Shown here: positions 56,257-64,000 of the stretch, piece by piece
Position numbering within the stretch: the stretch's first letter is position 1
Layout: the number at the start of each line of letters is the position of its first letter
Origin: Alphaproteobacteria bacterium
GTDB taxonomy: Bacteria > Pseudomonadota > Alphaproteobacteria > Sphingomonadales > Emcibacteraceae
Assembly: GCA_013152755.1 (NCBI GenBank)
Contig: JAADFR010000097.1
Location: 1,316-65,315 of the forward strand
Direction: 5' to 3'
Length of the DNA: 64,000 nt
Notes under the pieces: generated by a model
Seen by the model: only the letters and a program-made list of their open reading frames with translations
Database searches by the model: none
Told to the model about the DNA's origin: nothing
Program-made: the position numbers and the translations under genes

Positions 56257-56264
56257 TAACGTTA
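56257..56264. promoter_or_regulatory. Contracted variant TAACGTTA of the operator-like palindrome (upstream of the second VOC gene)
   Basis: 8-bp palindrome with the same central CG but one base shorter per half-site, 49 nt upstream of the VOC start at 56208. Confidence 0.3.
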
Positions 56265-56268
56265 AAAC

Positions 56269-57819
56269 TCAAGTGGGCTTGCCAAATCCGCCGCCGCCCG
56301 GCGTTATCATCAAAACTTCATCATCCGCCGCCATGGTGAGTTTGCGCGCTTCATTACTGGCAACCCCATTAATCATAAAAGCACCTGCCGCACCGGGCTT
56401 GCCGCCCAGTAGCCCTTCCGGCTGTGTATTCAGGCGGCTGGGAATGGCATTCAGTGCCCATTTTTCACCGGAACGCACCCGAAATCCGATACGTTGTCCG
56501 TCGCCGCCCTTCTGACGCCCTTTCCCGCCAGTATTGGGTACCAGTTCCTTGCAGGTAAATTCAATGGGGATTGAAGCTTCGAGGACTTCAATCGGCACGG
56601 CGGATACCCCAGTGGGATAACAGGTAGCCGACAGGCCGTCCTTGGTAAACCGTGCCCCCATGCCACCGGAATAATTAAACATGGAACTGGTAAAGGGCTG
56701 TCCGTTTTTATCCTGCCCCTGTACCTGAATTGTCCAGACCGCCCCGGACCCCTCGGCCAGGGTTTTCTCGGGTATGATTTTGGTCAGTGCCTTCAAAATT
56801 GGAAAGGGCACATACATGCCTACCACGTGCCGGGCATTAACGGGAGAAGGGTATTGCGCATTGATGATACATTTTTCGGGCGCAGATACGACAATCGGCG
56901 CAAGGCTGCCCGCATTATTGGGCAATTCAGGATTAAGAATACTTCGTATGGCAAAGGTACTATAGGCATGAGTATAGGCCATAACCACATTTATGCCCAG
57001 ACTGCTGGGGCCGGAGCTTCCCGCGAAATCAATCAGAATCTCGCCAATATCTGTATCAATGGTCAGCGCAGTTTTCAGCGTGATCAATTCACCGCCAGGC
57101 ACATCAAATTGAGATTCCCCGTGATAGGTTCCGGCGGGCAATTCTTTGATGGCATCCCGGGTTGCTTTGTCTGAGCGGGCAATAATTTCAGCCGAAAGCT
57201 CATCAATATCATCCAAATCATAACGGTCACACATGGCATTCAGTCGCTCGCCGCCGATTTTACCGCTGGAGGTCTGCGCGCCCAAATCTCCAAAAATAGC
57301 ATCAGGCGTACGCACATTGCGCCGGATAATTTTATGAAGCGTCTCATTGGGCTTGCCGCGTTCATAAAATTTCATAACCGGTATCCACAGACCTTCTTCA
57401 TGAATATCGCGCGCGCCGGCCCCCACACCGTAACCGCCAATATCCGTGTGGTGAATGGTTGAACCACAATAGCCAATGATCTTGCCCTTGCGAAAAATCG
57501 GCGTCAGCAGCGTGATATCAAAGAAGTGACCGGCGGAAAGCCAGGGATCATTTGTGATCAGCACATCGCCGGGATAAATATCCTCCGGCGGGATAATTTC
57601 AATCATCTGCCAGGCCGCCGCCGCCAGTGAATTAATATGTCCGGGCGTGCCGGTAATGGCCTGCGCCACCATGCGAGCCTCTGAATCAAACAGGGCCGTG
57701 GCAAGGTCTCCCGCTTCACGGACAATCGGGCTGAAGGCAATACGTTGCAAGGATTTTGCCTGCTCGCTGACGATGCTTATCAGGTTGCTCCACATTATTT
57801 CAAGTTGAATACCATCCAT
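56269..57819 (-). CDS. Hydantoinase B/oxoprolinase family protein (HyuB-like)
   Basis: 516 aa. N-terminus IQLEIMWSNLISIVSEQAKSLQRIAFSPIVREAGDLATALFD is typical of HyuB. The start lies 1 nt after the HyuA stop. Confidence 0.9.
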   Translation of the reverse strand: MDGIQLEIMWSNLISIVSEQAKSLQRIAFSPIVREAGDLATALFDSEARMVAQAITGTPGHINSLAAAAWQMIEIIPPEDIYPGDVLITNDPWLSAGHFFDITLLTPIFRKGKIIGYCGSTIHHTDIGGYGVGAGARDIHEEGLWIPVMKFYERGKPNETLHKIIRRNVRTPDAIFGDLGAQTSSGKIGGERLNAMCDRYDLDDIDELSAEIIARSDKATRDAIKELPAGTYHGESQFDVPGGELITLKTALTIDTDIGEILIDFAGSSGPSSLGINVVMAYTHAYSTFAIRSILNPELPNNAGSLAPIVVSAPEKCIINAQYPSPVNARHVVGMYVPFPILKALTKIIPEKTLAEGSGAVWTIQVQGQDKNGQPFTSSMFNYSGGMGARFTKDGLSATCYPTGVSAVPIEVLEASIPIEFTCKELVPNTGGKGRQKGGDGQRIGFRVRSGEKWALNAIPSRLNTQPEGLLGGKPGAAGAFMINGVASNEARKLTMAADDEVLMITPGGGGFGKPT

Positions 57820-57820
57820 T

Positions 57821-59899
57821 TCATTGACCTCCCTGAATATGTTTTGTGGCTATCAAACTGCCGTCGGCATGAACTTTCATGGTCCATCCGGGCAGAATGA
57901 AGGCGGTTGTTTCGCGCTCTTCTATAATAACAGGCCCGATAATTTCCTGACCTGACGCCAGCGATTTGCGGTCATAAACCGGCACCTCAATTTCGCCATT
58001 CTCCATAAATACACTGCGCAGGGATTTTGATGATGCCAGCTTGTCAGTTAACACGATACTCACCTCGCGGTTTGTGCTGCCGCCATGCGCCGTCACCCGC
58101 CAATTAACGATTTCCACTTCCATATCATCGAGGCAAATTCCGTATAAAATTTCATACTGCTTTTCAAAACGTCTGCGGAAGTCATCAGAATTTTTTGTTT
58201 CCCGGAGGTCACTTTCCAGCAATATTGTCACTTCATTTTGCTGACCGGAATATCTCATATCCGCTGAAAATTCATACATGATCGAGCCTTCCGCGATACC
58301 GGCTTCCATCAGCGCCGCACGGCCTTCCTTAACCATGTCATCAATAGTATCTTCAATTGACCCCCAATCAAGGTCATTGAGAAAGGACAAGCCACCCCGG
58401 ACAAGATCAAGCCGGGCAGGTGTGACCAGGGTGCCAAAGGCGCTCAGAACACTGGCCATGGGCGGGTAGATTACCTGGGTACTTTCCAGACGGTCAGCCA
58501 CATAGCAGGCATGAACCGGACCTGCCCCGCCAAACGCTAGCAGGGGAAGGCCCCGATAATTTATACCCCGGTCCGTGGCATGGGCTCTGGCGGCGGCGGC
58601 CATGGATTCGCCGACAACGCTGAAAATTCCCCATGCGGTTTCTTTTACAGAAAGGCCGAGCTTGCCCGCAAGATTTTGAATGGCGGCTTCGGACCGGCCT
58701 GCCTCCAGTTTCATATCACCGTTCAGAAAATTATCCGGATCGAGAATATTCAGGATCACGTCGGCATCCGTGACACAGGCCTCCTCGCCGCCCCGGTTAT
58801 AACAGGCCGGCCCCGGGTCCGAGCCCGCACTGTCCGGTCCCACTTTCAGCAGCCCCAATGCATCAACACGGGCAACAGAGCCCCCGCCAGCCCCGATTTC
58901 AATCATGTCAATGGAGGGCACGGTAACCGGCATACCGCTGCCGGGCTTGAACAGATATTGACGATCAACTTCAAAATCACCCACCACCAGCGGCTCGCCC
59001 TGTTGAATCATACAGGCCTTGGCTGTCGTCCCGCCCATATCAAATGATATCAGATTCTCAAAACCATATTTTCGGGCAATATGCCCCGCCACCAACGCCC
59101 CCGCTGCCGGCCCTGATTCTATCATCCGAACCGGATAGGTCCCGGCAATTCGCGCCCCGATGATCCCCCCGTTTGACAGCATGATTAAAGGCTCATTGTG
59201 AACACCAAAATCCTTCAGTATTTTTGTCAGGGCATCAAGGTAAGGCCGCGTTATGGGTACCGCATAGGCATTCACCGCCGTTGTGCTGGCCCGAAGATAT
59301 TCACGCATCTGCGGAGCAACATCGCTGGATAGCGTCACAAAAATATTCGGTGCTTCCTCATTCAAAATACGGCGAACCTCTCTTTCATGGACAGGGTTGC
59401 AATAGCTGTTCAAAAGACAAACGGCGACGGACACAATCTTCTTTGCAACCATATCCCGGGCAATTTCGCGTATATTAGCCTCATCAATAGCAGCGCCGAT
59501 CGTCGCATCGGAAAAAATGCGCTCTTTTGCGCCCCAGGTATAATCGCGGGTGATTAACGGCTCTGGATATTCAATTTGAGGGTCAAACATGTCATAGCGA
59601 TGCTCATCCCGGATATATAAAACATCTTTAAAACCTTCGGTCACAATCATTCCGGTCAGGCTGCCCTTGCGTTCAATCAGAACATTTGTCACCACCGTCG
59701 TGGCGTGAACAACAACGTCATTCACATCCTTAAAGGCTATATCCGCCCGTTCCAGAACAAATTCAGCCGCCCGCAGGAACCCCTCCAGCAAATTCCCGTG
59801 CGTGGTCAGGGTTTTATCCGTCCAACTATTTCCGTCACTGCGGATTAAGACCGCATCCGTGAACGTCCCGCCAATATCAATGGCTAGCGCATATTTCAT
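57821..59899 (-). CDS. Hydantoinase/oxoprolinase family protein (HyuA-like, full length)
   Basis: 692 aa. MKYALAIDIGGTFTDAVL and FDMGGTTAK are ASKHA phosphate motifs. Confidence 0.9.
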   Translation of the reverse strand: MKYALAIDIGGTFTDAVLIRSDGNSWTDKTLTTHGNLLEGFLRAAEFVLERADIAFKDVNDVVVHATTVVTNVLIERKGSLTGMIVTEGFKDVLYIRDEHRYDMFDPQIEYPEPLITRDYTWGAKERIFSDATIGAAIDEANIREIARDMVAKKIVSVAVCLLNSYCNPVHEREVRRILNEEAPNIFVTLSSDVAPQMREYLRASTTAVNAYAVPITRPYLDALTKILKDFGVHNEPLIMLSNGGIIGARIAGTYPVRMIESGPAAGALVAGHIARKYGFENLISFDMGGTTAKACMIQQGEPLVVGDFEVDRQYLFKPGSGMPVTVPSIDMIEIGAGGGSVARVDALGLLKVGPDSAGSDPGPACYNRGGEEACVTDADVILNILDPDNFLNGDMKLEAGRSEAAIQNLAGKLGLSVKETAWGIFSVVGESMAAAARAHATDRGINYRGLPLLAFGGAGPVHACYVADRLESTQVIYPPMASVLSAFGTLVTPARLDLVRGGLSFLNDLDWGSIEDTIDDMVKEGRAALMEAGIAEGSIMYEFSADMRYSGQQNEVTILLESDLRETKNSDDFRRRFEKQYEILYGICLDDMEVEIVNWRVTAHGGSTNREVSIVLTDKLASSKSLRSVFMENGEIEVPVYDRKSLASGQEIIGPVIIEERETTAFILPGWTMKVHADGSLIATKHIQGGQ

Positions 59900-60102
59900 A
59901 TCTGTGCCTTTACTTCACCAGAAAAGAACGCTTAACCAAACAATGCGTTTCGTACAGCGATATATTATTAATACTAGCGATACGATAACTTATTTGCTAC
60001 ACTCGGTCAATGCCGTTATCGAAATATGATTTTTATGCCAATAATTTTCAGAGTGAGGTTTTAACGTCCAGAATTTACCCGATGCACTGCATCTGACATC
60101 CA

Positions 60103-61647
60103 ATGAAAGATTATGGAATGAACATCGCGACACATATGATAAGAGCCGGGCAGGCCTTCAGAGATCATGCCGCCGTCGCCCAAGGCACGAGACTGCTGCT
60201 GAATTATGGTGAGCTGGCCTTGCGCACTTCCTGCATTGGCACGGCCCTACGCGCGAAATTCAACCTTGTTGCCGGGGACCGGGTCGCTCTTGTCCTGCGC
60301 AATTGCCCGGAATATATGGAATTACTCTATGCCTGCTGGCATGCGGGCCTGATCGTTGTGCCGGTAAATGCCAAACTCCATCACAGCGACTTTGCCTATA
60401 TTCTTGAAAATAGCGGGGCAAAGATTTGCTTCACCACCCCAGAACTAACCGAAATAATTTCCGGCTTGCAGGAGGATAAACCCTTCCCTGTCATAGAGGT
60501 CGCGAGTGCCGAATATGAGCAATTACTGGCCTGCCCGGCACAAAACATGATCCATAGGAAAGCCGAGGATATTGCCTGGCTCTTTTACACCAGCGGCACA
60601 ACCGGAAAACCCAAAGGTGCCGCCCTCACCCACCGGAATCTGCTGGCCATGTGTCACTGCTATTTTGCCGATATAGATCAGGGAGCCCCCTGGCGAGCCA
60701 TTCTACATGCCGCGCCCATGAGCCACGGGTCCGGTCTTTGCGGGCTTGCCCATGTCATACAGGGTAGCTGTCATGTGATCCCTGACAGCGGTGGTTTTGA
60801 TAGCGCGGAAGTTTTTGATCTTATCGAAAACTGGCCCGGGCTATGTTTTTTCGCGGCCCCGACCATGATTAAACGGCTTTTGGACTATCCCCACACACGC
60901 AATACAGAGAATCTTAAATTGATTATCTATGGTGGTGGTCCCATGTATGTTGAGGATAGCATGGCGGGCCTTGAAAGGTTCGGCCCTAAATTTGCCCAAC
61001 TATATGGACAGGGGGAAAGCCCCATGACTATCACCGCGTTAAGCAGGACCACACATGAAGAAAGAGACCATCCAAAATGGCGCGAGCGGCTTGCCTCTGT
61101 GGGTATTGCCCAAAGCATCGTTGAGGTTCGCATTGCCGACAAGGACGGTGAATGGCTCTCGCCCGGTGACATCGGGGAAGTGTTAGTACGCGGCGATACC
61201 GTTATGGCGGGCTATTGGAACAACCCGGAGGCCACTGCCGAAACCCTGCGGGACGGCTGGCTTCATACCGGCGATTACGGCGTTTTTGATGAGGATGGTT
61301 TCCTGACTCTGAAAGACCGAGCCAACGATGTTATCATATCGGGCGGCACCAATATTTACCCCCGTGAAGTGGAAGAAGCCCTGCTTCTGCACCCGGATAT
61401 TACGGAAATTGCTGTCATTGGCCGGCCCGACCGGGAATGGGGGGAAACTGTTGTCGCATTTATGGTCATCCGCGATGGCACGACATTGACCCTCAAATCT
61501 CTTGAGGAATTCTGCCTGAAAAATATGGCCCGTTTCAAGCGTCCCCGAGATTACCATTTTGTGGAAAGTCTGCCCAAAAACAACTATGGTAAAATACTGA
61601 AAACCAAATTGCGCGAACATGACCGGGAAAAGACAGAAAGCAAGTAA
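60103..61647 (+). CDS. AMP-dependent acyl-CoA synthetase/ligase (class I adenylate-forming enzyme)
   Basis: AMP-binding motif [14 protein letters not shown], plus YGQGES, GDYG, and NYGKILK at the C-terminus. Confidence 0.9.
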   Translation: MKDYGMNIATHMIRAGQAFRDHAAVAQGTRLLLNYGELALRTSCIGTALRAKFNLVAGDRVALVLRNCPEYMELLYACWHAGLIVVPVNAKLHHSDFAYILENSGAKICFTTPELTEIISGLQEDKPFPVIEVASAEYEQLLACPAQNMIHRKAEDIAWLFYTSGTTGKPKGAALTHRNLLAMCHCYFADIDQGAPWRAILHAAPMSHGSGLCGLAHVIQGSCHVIPDSGGFDSAEVFDLIENWPGLCFFAAPTMIKRLLDYPHTRNTENLKLIIYGGGPMYVEDSMAGLERFGPKFAQLYGQGESPMTITALSRTTHEERDHPKWRERLASVGIAQSIVEVRIADKDGEWLSPGDIGEVLVRGDTVMAGYWNNPEATAETLRDGWLHTGDYGVFDEDGFLTLKDRANDVIISGGTNIYPREVEEALLLHPDITEIAVIGRPDREWGETVVAFMVIRDGTTLTLKSLEEFCLKNMARFKRPRDYHFVESLPKNNYGKILKTKLREHDREKTESK

Positions 61648-61651
61648 TCAC

Positions 61652-63025
61652 ATGAAGAAATGGCAATGTCTTGTATGCGATCTGATTTATGATGAAGCCG
61701 AGGGCTGGCCAGACGATGGCATCACGCCCGGAACACGGTGGGAAGACGTGCCGCAAGACTGGAAATGCCCTTATTGCGGTGTCGGCAAGGAAGATTTCGA
61801 AATGATTGAAATCAAAGAACCCGCCGCATCTTCAGGGTCCCCCTCCATTACTGAGAATACCGATATTGCCATTGATGAAAGTCTTGAACCCATAGTCATC
61901 ATTGGCGCTGGCATGGCGGCCTATAACCTGGTCAAGGAGGTGCGTAAGTTAGACAAAAATACGCCTATAAAAATCATAAGCAGTGATGACGGAAATTTAT
62001 ATTACAAGCCAAATCTATCCTGCATGCTGACCCGGGGGAAATTTCCTGATGAGTTAGTCATGACGCATGATCTTGTTGTGGACGTCATGCCCTTCACACA
62101 AATCACGGCCCTTGACCCGGAAAACAAGCAAATTACCGCCGGACATGAGACCATAAAATATGCCAAACTTATATTGGCCACCGGCGCAGAAATCATCCGC
62201 CTCCCCATCAAGGGGGATGGCGCGAGCAGCATTAACAGCATAAATAATCTGCTGGATTACCGAAAATTCAGGTCTGATCTGGTTGGCAAATCCCATGTTA
62301 CAATCATCGGCGCGGGCCTGATCGGCTGTGAGTTCGCCAATGACCTGCTCAACGCAGGCATCAAGGTCGAGATCATTGATATGTTCGACCATTGCATGCC
62401 AAATCTATTGCCCCAGGCTGTGGGCAAGGTGGTGCAGAATGCCTTGACGGACCTTGGCGCGAAATTTCATTTTAAAACCAAAGCGGAAAACGTTAACAAA
62501 GACGATGGAAAATTCAGGATTGTTCTATCGAACGGGATGAAAATCAATACCGACCTGGTTATTTCAGCTGTTGGATTAAAGCCCCGGATTGAACTGGCAC
62601 AGGCGGCGGGACTTGCCGTAAATCGGGGCATTATGGTCAACCGTTATTTGACCACATCGGAGCCTGACATATATGCCATCGGGGATTGTGCCGAAGTGGA
62701 AGGGCATAATTTAATGTATGTGGAGCCATTATTGATTTGCGCCCGGGCCCTGGCCGCATCGCTGACCGGAACCCCCACAATGGTGCATTATAACGCCATG
62801 CCCATCATAATAAAAACCCCTGCCTGCCCGGTTTCTCTCTGCCCCGCCCCGGAAAATGCACTGGGGGAATGGCACATCGACGCGGAAGGAAATGACATTC
62901 GTGCTATATTTACCTCACCCGAGGGTGAAATTCTGGCCTTTGCCCTGACAGGGAAATATGCGCCTCACCATCAAACTCTGAAAGAACAACTTCCCAAAAT
63001 ATTGAATGATGATTCTGAAATTTAA
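61652..63025 (+). CDS. Rubredoxin fused to an FAD-dependent pyridine-nucleotide-disulfide-type reductase (rubredoxin reductase-like)
   Basis: ATG at 61652. Rubredoxin motifs [12 protein letters not shown] and [13 protein letters not shown], a linker of about 30 residues, then the FAD fold [12 protein letters not shown], the NAD fold [14 protein letters not shown], and AIGDCA. Confidence 0.85.
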   Translation: MKKWQCLVCDLIYDEAEGWPDDGITPGTRWEDVPQDWKCPYCGVGKEDFEMIEIKEPAASSGSPSITENTDIAIDESLEPIVIIGAGMAAYNLVKEVRKLDKNTPIKIISSDDGNLYYKPNLSCMLTRGKFPDELVMTHDLVVDVMPFTQITALDPENKQITAGHETIKYAKLILATGAEIIRLPIKGDGASSINSINNLLDYRKFRSDLVGKSHVTIIGAGLIGCEFANDLLNAGIKVEIIDMFDHCMPNLLPQAVGKVVQNALTDLGAKFHFKTKAENVNKDDGKFRIVLSNGMKINTDLVISAVGLKPRIELAQAAGLAVNRGIMVNRYLTTSEPDIYAIGDCAEVEGHNLMYVEPLLICARALAASLTGTPTMVHYNAMPIIIKTPACPVSLCPAPENALGEWHIDAEGNDIRAIFTSPEGEILAFALTGKYAPHHQTLKEQLPKILNDDSEI

Positions 63026-63139
63026 TTTTTAACTATCCGTTGTCAAAGAAAACGGGTTAGGGAATCTCTGAACAAGTTCACTGGATTGATGCCATAATGA
63101 ATATGGTACAAAACAGAGGATAAGAACATGAATGATCAT

Positions 63140-63941
63140 AAAGGGCTTGACACATAAATTTTTTCCAAACTCTATGATATATGATGCCGATGAAAAAAAT
63201 ATCATACCATCGACATCGTTTCCATCCAGATATAATAAAGCAAGCTATCTGGCTCTATTTTAGATTCACCATGAGTTATCGAGACGTTGAAGAATTATTG
63301 GCCGAGCGGAGCATTGATGTCAGCTATGAGACGGTTCGTCGATGGGCTCTTAAGTATGGAATTGACTATGCCCGGCGCATCAAAAAACGTAGGCCCCTAC
63401 CCCATACAGAATGGTTTTTAGACAAAGTATTCGTCAAGATTGGTGGTAAACCTATGTATCTCTGGCGTGCTGTCGACGGAGAAGGTGAAGTTCTGGATGT
63501 CTTGGTGCAAAAGCGCAGGAACAAAAGAGCTGCATTAAAACTTCTCAAAAAATTACTAGAAAATAAGGGTATGTCGCCTACAAAGGTCGTTACCGATAAA
63601 TTGAGATCCTACGGCGCAGCTCTAAGAGAATTAGAAATAGAACACCTGCATGACACAACGAACAGACTGAACAATAGAGCGGAAAGTTCCCATGTTCCCA
63701 TCCGACGACGGGAACGAAAGATGCAGCTATTTAAGTCCCACAAATCATCTCAAAATTTTCTTTCAATTTACGGCCCAATCTACAATTTATTCAACACCCA
63801 ACGACATCTCATTTCAAGACAAACACTAAGAACATTACGGTCAACCGCAATGACCGAATGAAAACTGGTGACCGCGGCGGCATAACCCCAGCCTCAATTG
63901 AAATTTATTCGTTCTGAAAAGTTAAGGTGACAAAGCCCTTT
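63140..63941 (+). mobile_element. IS6-family insertion sequence (about 802 bp)
   Basis: Imperfect terminal inverted repeats AAAGGGCTTGACAC (63140-63153) and GTGACAAAGCCCTTT (63927-63941) match at 13 of 15 positions with one gap, and similarity continues inward for about 25 nt. The single transposase ORF and the size fit the IS6 family. Confidence 0.75.
63181..63861 (+). CDS. IS6-family transposase
   Basis: The N-terminus YHRHRFHPDIIKQAIWLYFRFTMSYRDVEELLAERSIDVSYETVRRWALKYG is the characteristic IS6/IS26-type start. 226 aa. Confidence 0.88.
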   Translation: MMPMKKISYHRHRFHPDIIKQAIWLYFRFTMSYRDVEELLAERSIDVSYETVRRWALKYGIDYARRIKKRRPLPHTEWFLDKVFVKIGGKPMYLWRAVDGEGEVLDVLVQKRRNKRAALKLLKKLLENKGMSPTKVVTDKLRSYGAALRELEIEHLHDTTNRLNNRAESSHVPIRRRERKMQLFKSHKSSQNFLSIYGPIYNLFNTQRHLISRQTLRTLRSTAMTE

Positions 63942-64000
63942 GAACAAATAAAATTACTCAAATAAAGCACTCATTCGGGCTATTTTCTTTCCATTGATAC

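Noticed and set aside
63132-63949. An 8-bp target-site duplication flanking the IS6 element
   Set aside because: The flanking octamers do not match under either plausible definition of the ends (starting at AAAGGG or at GGG). The absence is recorded in the findings rather than claiming a duplication.
1-64000. CRISPR arrays, rRNA or tRNA genes, integrase or prophage genes, toxin-antitoxin pairs
   Set aside because: I saw no regularly spaced direct repeats, no cloverleaf-like or rRNA-like conserved segments in the gaps, and no integrase, phage-structural or small paired toxin-antitoxin-type ORFs. Absence is judged by eye only.

Overview
This 64-kb chromosomal segment comes from a Gram-negative, proteobacterium-like genome; the evidence is two TonB-dependent receptors, a PEP-CTERM sorting signal and lipoprotein or Sec signal peptides. 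I support about 53 protein genes. I saw no rRNA, tRNA or CRISPR array. The layout is as follows. (i) 1-6.6 kb holds three secreted Sel1-repeat proteins, a two-TM membrane protein and a signal-peptide TPR-CHAT protease. (ii) 6.6-11.2 kb holds a PAS-LuxR regulator, a lipoprotein, an OmpR/histidine-kinase pair and a PEP-CTERM discoidin-like protein. (iii) 11.7-20.5 kb holds a short HyuA-like hydantoinase, DUF917, a 918-aa MalT/LAL-type LuxR regulator, an Asp/Glu/hydantoin racemase and a TonB-dependent receptor. (iv) 20.9-28.3 kb is a visibly AT-richer envelope/acid-stress-like module: HdeD-like, DUF202, MarC, EEP phosphoesterase, a 62-aa ORF and cardiolipin synthase, divergent from a second two-component system plus YfdX. 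(v) 28.5-35.9 kb is a translationally coupled MoxR-DUF58-DUF4381-BatA-BatB/C-BatD operon. (vi) 37.2-63.0 kb is a mosaic catabolic island. Its regulators are LacI, IclR and AraC types. Its uptake genes are a TonB-dependent receptor and two MFS transporters. Its enzymes are an SDR, ribokinase, a flavin reductase, an amidohydrolase, SnoaL/VOC enzymes, an HpcH aldolase, a cupin protein, a YgiD-type extradiol dioxygenase, an orphan Rieske oxygenase, TauD, HyuA/HyuB, an acyl-CoA synthetase and a rubredoxin-reductase fusion. (vii) An IS6-family element of about 802 bp sits at the right edge. The most interesting signal I can see directly is a recurrent palindrome, TTAAACGTTTAA, in at least six promoter regions of the catabolic island. 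It looks like a LacI-type operator and would define an unusual regulon. Other candidates for a second look are the secreted Sel1/CHAT cluster, the HyuA-like/DUF917/LAL/racemase/TonB-dependent receptor locus, the AT-rich stress module and three short ORFs with strong Shine-Dalgarno sequences. All functional calls rest on motif recognition by eye; no database search was possible.
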